Source: Camelus ferus (Eukaryota). From it: a stretch of 64,000 nt of DNA. The stretch covers positions 11,038,001 to 11,102,000 of the forward strand of contig NC_045696.1 of assembly GCF_009834535.1 (NCBI RefSeq), given 5' to 3'. Positions 1-12,072 of the stretch are shown here, one piece after another. How positions within the stretch are numbered: the first letter of the stretch is position 1; each line of letters opens with the position of its first letter. The notes under the pieces were generated by a model, which worked only from the letters and a program-made list of their open reading frames with translations, did no database searches and was not told the origin of the DNA. Position numbers and translations under genes: made by a program.

Positions 1-1675
1 AGTTTGACACCACCCAAAACCCTCTGGACCAGCAAACTGAAACACCAGGTGGTATTCTGTCACAGGATTGCCTCGTTCCTTGGCAACTGCTCTGCAAAGA
101 ATGTGCGTCAAGCTTGAAATCACACGCTTAGGGCACAATCACCCTGAGCACTGCCGAATTCTCTACAAAGCCTCAGAAACACCCCAACCACACAGCCATC
201 ATCACAAGATCCCAGGAGCAGGAGTCCTCTCTCCAAGTTACTCCAAGTGCCACCAGCCCAAGAGAGTCCCAGGAGAGATGTCATTGCTTCCCAAGTTCAA
301 TACCCAGCATCATAGTGATGGTGGCTGCTTCCCAGCTACCATCATACCAAGTGCTTTCCACGTGTTTTCTTACTTACACGTCATGACGGCCAAACCAGGA
401 AGAAACCAGTGTTGTCATTTCACAAATAAGGAAACCAAGGCCCAGAAAGGTTCTTTTGCCCAAGGTGAAGCATCTAAAAACCCACCTGCTTGCCCCAGAA
501 TCAAGAATTAACTCTATGTTAAGTTTCCATTTATACCTATTGTAGATTCTAAACCGCGTGCTAGTGACCATCAGTGAGTGAATGACCACGGAACACACGT
601 CTGGGAAGGGCCCCAACCAATGCTGTGTCCAGAGTGGGCAGATAGCAGCCTTTAATTTTCTGAATGTCTGAGGCCAACAGGGATGGGACTGTGGGTCCTA
701 AGACTGCTTTGGTTCACTAACCACTGAAAAGGGGTAAAGATAAGTGAGCCCACCCTTGAGACGCTTTTAGCACTTGGCATCACTCTGAAAAAAGCTGCCC
801 TGAACTATAGTCTGGGGTTGTGTCCCAGCTGGAGGAGGGACCCCAACCTGCTCTCTGGCCCAGGACACACCGGTCAGAGGATTCTCTGCCCATAGGATTC
901 TGGGTCACACTAGCATGGACTGAGAGCTTAGCAGAGTCCACAGGCTAAGTCCCGGTCTGTCATTACTTTGAAAAGATTGAACTTGATACATTCAGACTAA
1001 GGAAACAGCCACAGCTGTCTTGCTAGTCCAGCTATGAGACGGGATTCCAAAAGACCATGTGAGCCAACATTGTCGTGAAATGCAGAACGCAAAGCACCAA
1101 AAACACTCTTTCTTTACAGTTTTGTCACCTAAATCCCTGATCCAGCACTGCTCAGCCACCATGTAACCACAGCTATGCCCCTGCCTTTCCCCTTAACCAC
1201 CCCCCACCACGAGTGCACTTGGCACCTCAGCCCACGCTACCTAACCTGGTCTGTTTTTTTCTCTTGGCTCATTGAGAGAGGCCACGGTACTGCAGGTGCC
1301 AGGTGGCCTCAGCACCTGGATGTGAGACCCATACCAGCGCCTCCATTCTGCCCCTTTGTCTGTCACATCGTTTTGAAACAAGACAAACCCATATATGAGT
1401 GGATGACAGGACAATAGTGCAATAAATGCCCACGGGCTTCCTCTGTACTCTCTCCCTGCCCGCTTACCATCGCCTCCCCACACACATCCCCACTCCCCTC
1501 CCCAAACAAGGTAGGCAGATACAATAGCAGCCTTATTCTGTGAGTTCTCATTTCTTGTTATCCTATTTGTGTTGTGTGAACGGGTCCCATATGCTCAGAG
1601 CAACTGTATGCTTCAGTGGTAAATTAGCAAAATACAAAATGCACTCAAAGCTTCTGCTATCAGAATCCTATGTTG

Positions 1676-2025
1676 GCATGAGGTACCACTTGTATGTAGA
1701 ATCTAAAAAAATGATACAAATGAACTTATTTACAAAAACAGAAACAGACTCACAGACATAGAAAACAAATTTATGGTTACCAAAGGGTGCGGGGGAAGGG
1801 ATAAATTAGGAGTTTGGGAGTAACAGATATACACTACTATATATAAAATAGATAAGCAACAAGGTCCTACTGTGTAGCACAGAGAACTACGTTCAATATC
1901 TTCTAATAACCTATAATGGAAAAGAATCTGAAAAAGAATATATACATGTATATATAACTGGATCACTTTGCTATACACCTGAAACTAACACATTATAAAT
2001 CAAATACACTTCAGTTACAAAAAAA
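1676..2025 (+). mobile_element. 5'-truncated L1 (artiodactyl-type 3' UTR)
   Basis: gatacaaatgaacttatttacaaaaacagaaacagactcacagacatagaaaacaaa...tatacacctgaaactaacac plus poly-A. TSD aatccta(tg/ca)ttg at 1664-1675 and 2026-2037. Confidence 0.88.
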
Positions 2026-2113
2026 AATCCTACATTGTAGCTAAATCACTTATGATTGTAAAATAAAAGGTGGAGATAAAACTATTGAGAGTATAAATAT
2101 GTTCGAACTGAGT

Positions 2114-2203
2114 GGGGAGAGTATAGCTCAGTTGTAGAGCGTGTGCTTAGCATGCACAAGGTCGTGGGTTCAATCTCCAGTCCCTCTGTTAAAAAAAAAA
2201 AAA
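2114..2203 (+). mobile_element. tRNA-Ala-derived SINE, short form (camelid Vic-1-like)
   Basis: ggggagagtatagctcagttgtagagcgtgtgcttagcatgcacaagg...ggttcaatctcc, with A and B boxes, followed by an A13 tail. Confidence 0.85.
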
Positions 2204-3343
2204 CTTAGAGCAGCTCTGAGATTAACTATTAGAACTTCACAAAATGAACTCAGTTCACATGAACAGATGTCCACCTTTTCTTGTAACTGTTTCCAGGCCT
2301 GAAAACACTTGGCATTTCTAGAGGTAAATTAGAATTGAACTGAGGAGAGAGATTTTGAGCGACATAGCTTTTAATTTTTCCTTGGGAAGTAAATATGGTT
2401 TAAGTTATTGAATACAGTGTTTCATTAGCTTTCTGCTAAAGGAAGTCAAAAATTGATGAATTTGTCTAGAAAATAAATGTCACAAATTGACTATTAGCAA
2501 ATATGATTCGACCTATGAAAGTTTCACTGAAGCTGTCTATATTGAAAAATTCACCTTGAGCTGAGATGGAGGAAAAGGAAGGAAATGTTACCTGGTCGAA
2601 ATTAGCAATTTATTAAAAACAGAGAGAATTTCAGAGTGTGTGGACATCCCATGCTTGCCGAAATAATTAACGTAAGACTGAGGAGTTGGGCATTTTTCTT
2701 TTTTCAAAGCAATACATTTCCTATGGTGCTTCATAATGTACTACCATAGTTAGAATAGACCTTTCCGAGCTGCTTGTAATTCAGTCTTTATTTACATATC
2801 TGTCCTCTTGAATGGACTGTGAGCTCTTGGAACCAGAGATACTGTTTTAATTAGATTTTAATTCTTCCCCCCAAAAAGCAAGTGTTTTAACACTTCCCTC
2901 ACCTTTCTGAGAAGAAAGGTGAGGCAGGTGTCAAGTGAAGGGACAGTGCTCCCATCTTACGTCAAACGCTGCTTTGCTTTTTGCTTATTGACCATGGAAA
3001 AGGCGGGGTGGGGCCACAGCTGGGGAATGAGAGATGTTAATTCCTCACAGGTCCATGCCGCAGGGTCAGTGATAAGGTTCCACGGTCACCACTCGCCAGA
3101 GTCTCTGGTTTTGCCTGGAAGATGCTCCTTCTTCCACGCGCTTAGGCTGGATGTGGGATTTCCTGGTACAGGATGAACGCTCAGTGCACAGCGGATATCA
3201 GGTTTATGGTCTGCCCTGAGTGCCTTTGTCACAACCCAATTTTTGGCCTGGGGAAATTCCTCTCTGCCAGTCAGTCTCACAGCTTTTGTGACTAGAGAAG
3301 CAATGATGTGATCAGACTTTCATTTTAGGGGAAGTCCTTTTCA

Positions 3344-3988
3344 TTTTTTTAAATTGAAGTATAGTTGATTTACAGTGTGTTAATTTCTGGCATACAGCAG
3401 AGTGATTCCATTATATACAAATATATTATTTTTCATATTTTATCATTGTAGGTTATTACAAGATATTGAATATAGTTCCCTGGGCTATACAGTAGGACCT
3501 TGTTGTTTATTGATTTTATATATAGTAGTTTATATCTGCAAATCCCAAACTCCTAATTTATCCCTCCTCCTCTTTCTCTGCTGATAAGCAGAAGTTTGTT
3601 TCCTATGTTTGTGAGTCTGTTTCTGTTTTGTAAATAAGTTTTTTATGCCATTTTTTAAAAATTCCATATATAAGTGATATCATATATTCATCTTTGTCTG
3701 ACTTACTTCCCTTAGTATAATAATCCCTGGGTCCATCCATGTTGCTGCAAATGGCATTAATTCATTCCTTTTCATGGCTGAGTAATCTTCCATTGTATGT
3801 ATATACCACATCTTTATCCACTCATTATGGACAGGTAGGTTGCTTCCATGTCTTGGCTATTGTGAATAATGCTGCTGTGAACATTGGGATGTGCGTATCT
3901 TGTCTAATTAGAGTTCTCTCCAGATATATGCCTAGGAGTGGGATTGCTGGATCATAGGGTAAATCAATTTTCAGCTTTTTAAGAATCT
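3344..3988 (-). mobile_element. 5'-truncated L1 (3' UTR and end of ORF2)
   Basis: T-run then aattgaagtatagttgatttaca...ccatccatgttgctgcaaatggc...ggagtgggattgctggatcata. Same family as the copies at 1676 and 52970. Confidence 0.88.
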
Positions 3989-5419
3989 AGGAGAGGAATC
4001 TTTAGCAGAGCACAGGAAGTTCTGTTATCACACAGAGAGCACCATAAGAGATCATCTATTTTTTTTTTTAAGGAAACATTTTAGGGACAAACATTTATCA
4101 TGGATCAGTTCCACCAGCACAGCTTGAAATTGGGCATACTACTTCTTTCTGTTCTTGGAGGCCTCCCTCCAGTCTGGTGTTTCTCAAAAGGGCCATAGAA
4201 ATTCTACCAAAGAGAAAATCTACCAAACCCTCACAGAAATTGTTCAATGGAAGAGAAATGTCCCTGGGAAGCTTCCTGCTGTGTGTGTGGAGCTGAGGTG
4301 TGTAGGTGCTCACACTAACCCCACCCCTACCCCAGGAATGTGTCTTCCAAATGGGAGACGGAGCACCTCCCCCGAGAAGGTTTGGGTATCTGGAGCCCCC
4401 CTTGGACCCAGCAGTGCCAGACGTGCTGCAGGATAATCGTTCCTTTAGAGCTTTCCTCACTGCAGTTGAATTCTGGTCCCGTCTTCCTAAGGCCCTGCGT
4501 GGTTCAGTCTGTCCCTCCTCTTGGGAACTGCGAGTTAACAAGCTCTTATCAGTGGCAGTCGTCTCCTGATCTGCTGGTTCACTGCACTGGAGTAATAATA
4601 AAACCTAAATTTTACAACACAAAACACAGGCAAGAGGATAACACAAAAACGTAGGCAAGTACAAGCAGTTTAGAGGACGGCTCAGGCCAGGAGCATTGCT
4701 GAGATCAGGGTGTACAGTTTAGCCTCCGAAGGGCTACTTGCCTCTGTCCAGCTCTGAAGGTGCAGCTTCTCCCATCGAGACAGGATGCCCAGGATGCCTG
4801 CCCCTGCCTACGGGGGTGGCCCTTCTTGGCTGTTCTTCCCCACACTGCTATCTAACCTGGGCCCCACTGCCCAGCACCCCCACTCCATCCCGCCCCGACA
4901 TCCCACAGTGATTGAGAGGCTGGGCGGGGTACAGCGACTAGGCGTTGGGTTTCCCAGAGTTCAGGCTCCATCTGAACCCATATTTGGGGAAGCAAGAGGG
5001 GAATAGAGGCTGCTAAGTTTAGAATTTCAAAGAAAAGTTCACAGCTTGTGAACCCAAGTGCGTTCTGGGCTGATTCAGTAACAGGAAGTTTATATAAAAC
5101 TGTGGGAAATGTAGCACTTCCTTGGATACAAACACAGCCCAGTTACCTACGAGCTCAAGATTCTGGCATAGTGAGAAGAGTCTCAGCAGCTGGAGAGCGA
5201 AAAGACTCCCAGCCAGAATGTATGGCGACCAAGTGAAGTTGGTGGTTTTGGGGGCTCGAGAAGGCGATTTGGGAACATTGAGTATTTTATGGTCTCCAGA
5301 CTGGACTGCTGCCTCTAATTTCTCTCTATTCCAGTGCTGCCTGAATCCCGCCACGAGCCCCCCTCACTAGTTGAAGTCACCTCTAAGGCTCCCCTTTGAC
5401 TTCAGAGTTCAGTCCAAAC

Positions 5420-5996
5420 TCCTCATTCTGGTAGCAGAAGCCAGTCCTGGGTCACCATGGGAGGTCAAAACCCATCCACTGGCTGGTTGGTGCCATGATC
5501 TGCGCCCAGTTGGCTGTTCCGTGGTCCCCACCCCAGTGACATCGCCGTCATTCCCTTCTGGCACCCGTGTTCCAGGTGAACGGAGCTGCCCACCCTTCCC
5601 TGTGGTGGTCACTGCTGAGCACACGTCACCCACACTATTCGCTTAACTGGGCTGATGTGCCCATCCCCCCATTGCAGTGAAGTTGGCTGCTGAATTCTCA
5701 CTACCACCCCATCCCCCGGGGAGTTGCTCTCTGCCAAACAGGAGCTGCCAGGATGGGGAGGTTGGCCCCTCTCCCCAGCAAATTCCTCACGCCAGTGACC
5801 GACTGGACCAAACCTGTGTGCAGTCAATGCTCCAGAGCTCTGGTGGGGCAGGCCGCATCCACACCCCTGCTGGGCTCTCTTCCTTTGCTCCACCCTGATC
5901 CCCCCTCCCCCACCCCCCGACAGCCCTCCCTTAATAAATCTCTTGAACACGAACCCGCATCTGAGGTTCTGCTTCTAGGGATCCTGACCTGAGACA
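5420..5996 (+). mobile_element. Old ERVL-type LTR (LTR16/LTR33-like); 5' boundary uncertain
   Basis: 3' end ccttaataaatctcttg...catctgaggttctgcttctagggatcctgacctgagaca is typical of these LTRs. Confidence 0.45.
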
Positions 5997-7875
5997 TTCC
6001 CCAAGTAGGCTCCCATTTGTGGTGGCCACCCCTCAGCTCCTCCTCTCCCCCAGAAGGCTCTCCTCCCCACCCACTTCTGCCGGAGCAACTTCTGCCTATG
6101 CTTCAGGGACTTGCTCAACAATCACCTCCTCCACGAAGCCTCCCGTTATGTATAATGAGATGGAGACGACAGCAGGCGCCCTGGTTGTGCCATCCCACTG
6201 GAAATGGAGCTCAGGAACTCCACGCTGTCCTGATTACTGAGCATGAGATGGAGTTGATCTGTCCTGTGGGCGTTTGAGATTCTGCGCTAAGTGCTTCACA
6301 TTCCACGGCAAAGTCTGTAACGGTCCCCCAATATCTCCTCTCCACTGAAGCCCCCATATTCAGCTGGTGGCATGTTCATCTCGAATACAAACTCCGTTTC
6401 CCAGCTTCCCAAGGAAGTGTAACTTTGTGATTTCTGGCCAATGGGCTGCAGACAGGAATTTTATGTGTGACTTCTAAGACACAAACCTTCTCACCCGCGC
6501 ACCCCTTTCTTTCCAGTGAGCTGGAATGTGCAGGTTATTATGTCCCTGGAGCTCCAACACCATGGCCCATAAACTGACCTTGAGAAGGGAGTCACATTTT
6601 GGGGCTGGACACAACATCTCCTGCCATTTGAGTATGGGAGGAAAATAAACTGGTATCTTTTTTACACCATTCTTCTTTTGAGTTTTTCTGCTTCTCAAAG
6701 CTGAGTCTAATTCTAACTAATCCACGTGGGCTATCTCTCCCTGAACCTTCTGAAGAATCCTGAGATGGGTGTTATGATACTCATTTTAGAGACAAGAAAA
6801 CTGAGTCTCAGGAAGGTGGATTTCCTGCCCAAGGTCACCTGCAAAGCCAGGATTTGAGCCCAGGTTTATCTAAATCTGAACCTATGTTCTTAACTGCTCT
6901 GCTCTGTCCTCTCCAGCTTGGCAGGGTGGAGGGAGGGTTCATATCAATGGGGGCAGGAGGTCAAGGCACTCCTTACACTTGAGAAATAATCACTTATGGT
7001 TGTTAGAGTGACCAGGAAACATGATGCCAGCCCCTAGTCTATATCCTCTTTACTGGGGCTGTCATTCACAGTTGTTCAGGTTGTGCACAGCACAAATAGT
7101 TCTGGCTAAGGAGATGTGTTGGGGCTGAGATGGAACATGGAGCTACCTCTCCCCAGAGAGAGCACCTCTTTCCTATTTTCCACAAACATTGTTCTATCAT
7201 TAAACCTTGTATCCAGGGGCTCCATCCAAATCTAGAGGAAGAATACATATTGTCATTTTCATAGAGGCAACATATGGGCCAGTGGGGGCCTTGAACTTGA
7301 TCCAGCTGAGACTCCTCCTACGTGGGTGGTTTAATGAGCCTGGGGAAGCTAGGCTACGCATGGACACTTCTAATAAGTGGTCTGAATTCATGAGAGATGA
7401 GCCAGTCCTAAACTTGACTCTTTGTGACATTGAAAAGGATCTTGCGGCAATTAACTGGATGTCAGAATAAACAGGGACTGACAGGGACCCCATAATGCCA
7501 GGCCTTCATCCCTGGTGTGATGAAATAGAGTGGACTCCCCTTGCATTGGCCAGGAGACAAGTTGAACATCTTATTTTTATCATTTAAACAGCCCCATGTG
7601 CATCCCACCTTCAGGATGCTCTGGGGGAGGCAGAAATCACCTTTAGACCAACCAGCTCAGGGCGCTTTGCTTACACTGCTTTCCCAGCATAGCTTTTCCA
7701 CAGATCCCAGCGCCAGACACATGGATGTCCTCTAGTTCTTCCTAAACCGATGGCTTTGATCTTCTTTCCTGTAATACAGCAGAGTAGCTATAACAAAGCC
7801 TGCTATTTGCCACCTTATAGCAATTCTTTCCTTTTCTCTTAGCAAAAGAGCACTATAAAAAAAAAAAAGAAAAAG

Positions 7876-7925
7876 CTGGACACAGTGCTACTGGACACAG
7901 TGCTACTGGACACAGTGCTGGACAC
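7876..7925. repeat. 15-bp tandem repeat (ctggacacagtgcta), about 3.3 copies
   Basis: Units at 7876, 7891 and 7906 plus a partial copy, directly after an A-rich run. Confidence 0.9.
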
Positions 7926-8899
7926 CACATTCCCTAGCATTCTTTACAACGAGGGGTAGCCATATAATTACGCTTTGGACAAAGAAATTAAAGTGAGGGG
8001 ATGGAGGTATTACTGAAGCATCTCTTTAAAAAGGACTTCTTCCCCTTCCTCTTCTCTTTTTTCCTCTCTGTCACCTACAATGCAGAGGCAAAGGCTGGAG
8101 CTCCAGCATTCACATTTGACTATGAGATGACACTGGAAGGGAGGCCATGTGTGGCAGAGCAATGAGATAAAAGGAGACTGTCTGTAACATCCTGGGCCAC
8201 CGTATCACTCAGGAATGCCCATGTGTGTTCTTCTATACACATATAGAACCTGAGAACTTGCTTACGTGGAGATGAACCAATCTAAATGGTACAGCGACAC
8301 CACCCATCTCATCTTCCTCCCACCGCACCATGGCCCCATTCCTGCAGTGCTTAACAATGTAAAGAAGAGAAACCAGACGCAGAATTGATGAAGTTGCCTC
8401 AGACTGTGGAAAATCGAGAAGCACTGAGCCACTCCATTGTGCCAGAGTGCTGAAAGTCTACAGGGCACGCACCTGCCAGGGGAGAACAGAGGAGCCCTTC
8501 AAAGAGGCTTCCCGCGTTCCAGGCTCAAGGCAGGAGCAGACGCTGCAGCGCTGGATTGTCAGACAAATGTGGGGATCGCTCATTGCTCCCGAATCAACAT
8601 CAAACCTGGCAACTTCTCTTTCCTCCTCTACTGAGCACTTTCTGCTGGCAGTTTTGAAGTGGTAAGTCATTGCAGCAAGTACCAATCGGCCGTTTCACAC
8701 TAAGAGAGGAAGGAACAACAGGAGCTGCTCACTGAATGGGTGACCGTAGTGGGAGGCTGGGGAGTGACTTTTGAATCAAAAGAGAAATCTTTTAAACTCC
8801 GGAGTTGGGACAATTGAGCAGCGCCCTTTATGCTGCTGGCGACGTGTGTCAGCTTAGGCTTTTCTGGGTGCTTGTTTGCAATGGTGGCAGGCAGGGGAG

Positions 8900-9095
8900 C
8901 CTGAGTGAAGACCCTGGGCTCACATTCAAATCCTGACACCTCCACTTGCCAGCTGTGAAATCCAAGCCAAGTTACTTTACCTTTGTCTGCCTCAGTGTCC
9001 TCATCTGTAAAATGGCATGATAGTATATCTAATTTCATAGCGTTGTTGTAAAGACTATGTGAAATAGGCCTTATAAAAGCGCTTAATGTGGCACA
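8900..9095 (+). mobile_element. MIR SINE; further MIR remnants at about 330-470, 6740-6900, 16130-16240, 20870-21020, 21870-22070, 34000-34200 and 62900-63130
   Basis: ttcaaatcctgacacctccacttgccagctgtg...tctgcctcagtgtcctcatctgtaaaatgg (MIR core). Confidence 0.7.
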
Positions 9096-9109
9096 GAGAG
9101 AGAGTTCTT

Positions 9110-9138
9110 GGGGGCGGGTATAGCTCAGTGGTAAAGCT
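9110..9138 (+). mobile_element. 5' fragment of the same tRNA-Ala-derived SINE
   Basis: gggggcgggtatagctcagtggtaaagc (A box only), then the similarity stops. Confidence 0.55.
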
Positions 9139-9246
9139 GCATAAAAAGGAAGCGTTCCAACATTTTCAGTTATTGTTCACAGTGTCAGGAGATGTGACTG
9201 GGGGACAGTCAAACTCTCCAGAGCCAAGTGGTAACTGAGCTGTCCT

Positions 9247-9338
9247 GGACCGAGGGAGGATGAAGGACCACAGGAGATGATGGACCATGGGAGATGATGG
9301 ACCGAGGGAGATGATGGACCGAGGGAAATGATGGACCA
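9247..9338. repeat. 17-bp minisatellite (ggaccgagggagatgat), about 5.3 copies
   Basis: Directly visible, with a few differences per unit. Confidence 0.9.
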
Positions 9339-11402
9339 CTGACACGATCTCAGGACATAGCCTCTGGAGGAAAGATGTTTGTCATGTTTGGGTCCAGCTG
9401 GGATCTCTTGTGGTGCCTGCCACAGGTCAAGTTTTAATAGAAAGTTGTCGAGTGAGGAACTTCACTAGAGCAGAGAGCCCCAGGGCCTGGTGCATCTGTG
9501 AAGTGCTGGGGGACCATCCTGGCAGGTCCCATCATGCCCTCGATACCCCTTTTTGATGGTCCCAAGGAGCCCAAGACTCCCGGGTCTCTCATCCCAGTGC
9601 CACGTCCTTCCGTTTGGTCCTTGAGAGCCTATGATACAGCCACAAAATCCCTCATATGCTCAACCTCCCCTTAGATATCTCCCTCCTTCCGGCCCATCTA
9701 GATTCTGGATCTCCCCTGAGACTGCTCTCTGTGCTGCTTGTGAAGTGGGGGCCAGTTTCCCCCCACACCCTCAATTCCTAGATGGATGTGGGTCGATACC
9801 TCCCTTGTGGCTTCTAGATCACAACTCTCTCTTCTCCCTCAAAACCTTGCCTGTGACACTTCAACCCCTCGGGGTCTTCCTAACATTCTGTTTGCTGCCC
9901 CCTCACCTCCCTGACATCTGAACCCCTCCTTACAGACCTTGGGGCTCCATTAAACCACCCCAACAGGACCGGTCAGCTCCCACACTCCACTCTCTCCCTT
10001 TGGCATATCTATTTGGCAAAACCCCAACCATCATTAAAAACAACATCCCAGTGCAGTGTGGTGGAGAGAAGCCCACAGTCCTGGTCATGGGGGCACCCGG
10101 GTCCTTAAACTTCCCACTTCAGCACCGATGTCACACCTCCTCCTTCACCAGATCTCTGCCCTCCTCCTCATCCCCTCTTGCCTCTTAACTCACAGAGAAG
10201 ACAGAAGGTCCATCAGAGAGATGGTCCACATGCTCCCGCCACCACTGCACCCCCCACTGGGCATCTGTCCCCACATCAGTGGACAAACCATCCAGGCTCC
10301 CACCCCAGCCACCCCGCTGACCTCCATGCTGACCGGCCTCTGTTCAGACTTGCATATGCCAACTCGCAAAGTGGAAATGACACCTCACACCCTGGCCACT
10401 TTGCAACGTGAGTTTGGGGATTGAGGGAGATGAGACACACACCCACGCACACACACGTGCAGAAGCAGATGCACACACAGATACTGCATTCTGTTTGCTC
10501 TTCAAACAGCTAGCGATTCTGATGGAAGGAACAGATGAGCAAATGAAGATTTGAGAGGATGGAAGCCTGGTTTCTGCTGCTCTGGTGCCAGGTAGCCTTT
10601 GTGGGAGGGAGGAAGCGGCGCTCTGCCCGGCGTTGATGGGGCTGGAATTTGAAGGCGCTGATGGATCCCTACCCCCTCATCCTGCCCTCCCTCCGACGGC
10701 ACAGCACCTTGTATGAGAACCTGACACATCTTCATGCTGGAATTCAGGTGAGGAGCTGAAGCCCAAGCAAATGAGGATTTGTTTGTGAAAGGAGTTTAAA
10801 CAGACCCCATGAGTGGGAAGGGCCGCAAGGGGACACGATGGGAGCAGCACCAGGGTGAAGTAGCTGGCCCAGACCCTCCCAGAACTGAAGTCCAGCCGAC
10901 CAGCCCGGGGACTCCATAAGCACCACATTCCTCTTTCTTGTTTCTGGGGTCACATTCCTGGGAACACTGGATATGTCAACCTGACATTTCACGGTTCAGC
11001 CATCCAAGTGCAGAAAAGGGCATTATTTTAGACTGAAAAGGTGTATTTTATATTCATACACTTGACTTTCAAGACCCTGAGTGAACTTTGCTGAAATAAA
11101 TATTCACCTTTGGGTTTAGTCCAAGTATGCAAGGTTTTAGTCTTTCTTTTTAAAAGAATATTAAAAGTGACTGAAAAGAGGGATTTAGAAATGAATGGCA
11201 AATTTTCAACATGCCTTATAAAAGGAAAAGGAGCAAATGCTATAATATTTCTTAGAGATACGGATTTAAGGAAAGTGAGATTTGGAACCCAGTGGCTGTT
11301 CAATGGGAGACTGCTCTCTGTACAGGCCTCGGGGTTCCACACTGGATGTTCAGAAGGGAGGTGAGGGTGAGGGGGACCCCTCCTTGTGTGTCTACCCATC
11401 AT

Positions 11403-11499
11403 GGGTTACCCAGGATGACTACCCTGGTTTTAGCACTGAGACTCCTGTGCTGCTGAAACCCTCCCAGACCCCAGCAAACCAGGACGGTGGGTCACCCTA
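11403..11499 (+). mobile_element. hAT-Blackjack MITE (MER81-like)
   Basis: gggttacc...ggttttagcactgag...gcaaaccaggacggtgggtcacccta, with terminal inverted repeats. Confidence 0.65.
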
Positions 11500-11869
11500 G
11501 TTGAGATTAGTACAGATATGAGAGGTGCTTACAAAACCCCATTCACCCCAGTTTCTCACCAGCCCTGTAGACAAGACACCCAAGGCTACCCACTCTGAGT
11601 CAGTGAAAGGTTTTAGACAGGCTTACAGGAGGGCTTAGAATTTCTAGAGGCATGAAGTTGAACTGTCTTCACCTGCTTGGCTTCCTGCCCCCTGCATTTC
11701 CCTGGGACCAAGGACCCCTAGCACCCAGTGGCCAGTCCTGGTCCTCAGCCAAGGCCATCTGCCCCCCTGCCCAGGGCTCTCCAAGTCATCTAAAAGGATA
11801 GATTCCAAGTCCCCACCCAAGAGTCACTGAATCTCTGGGTAGGGGGCCCAGGGGTCTGCATTTAAAAAA

Positions 11870-12072
11870 TTTTTAAACCAAAGTGTAGTTGATTTACAAT
11901 GTTAATTTCAGGTATATAGCAAAGTGATTCGGTTATGCATACACTTACGTATATATTTTTTCTTTTCAGATTCTTTTCCATTATAAGTCATCATAAGGAG
12001 TTGAATACAGTTCTCCGTGGTGTACTGTAGGTCCCTGTGGCTTATCTCTTTTATATATAGTAGTCTGTGTCT
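11870..12072 (-). mobile_element. Short L1 3' end, next to a MER5-like fragment at about 11790-11865
   Basis: aagtgtagttgatttacaatgttaatttcaggtatatagcaaagtgattc...ttttatatatagtagt, homologous to the other L1 ends in the window. Confidence 0.8.
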
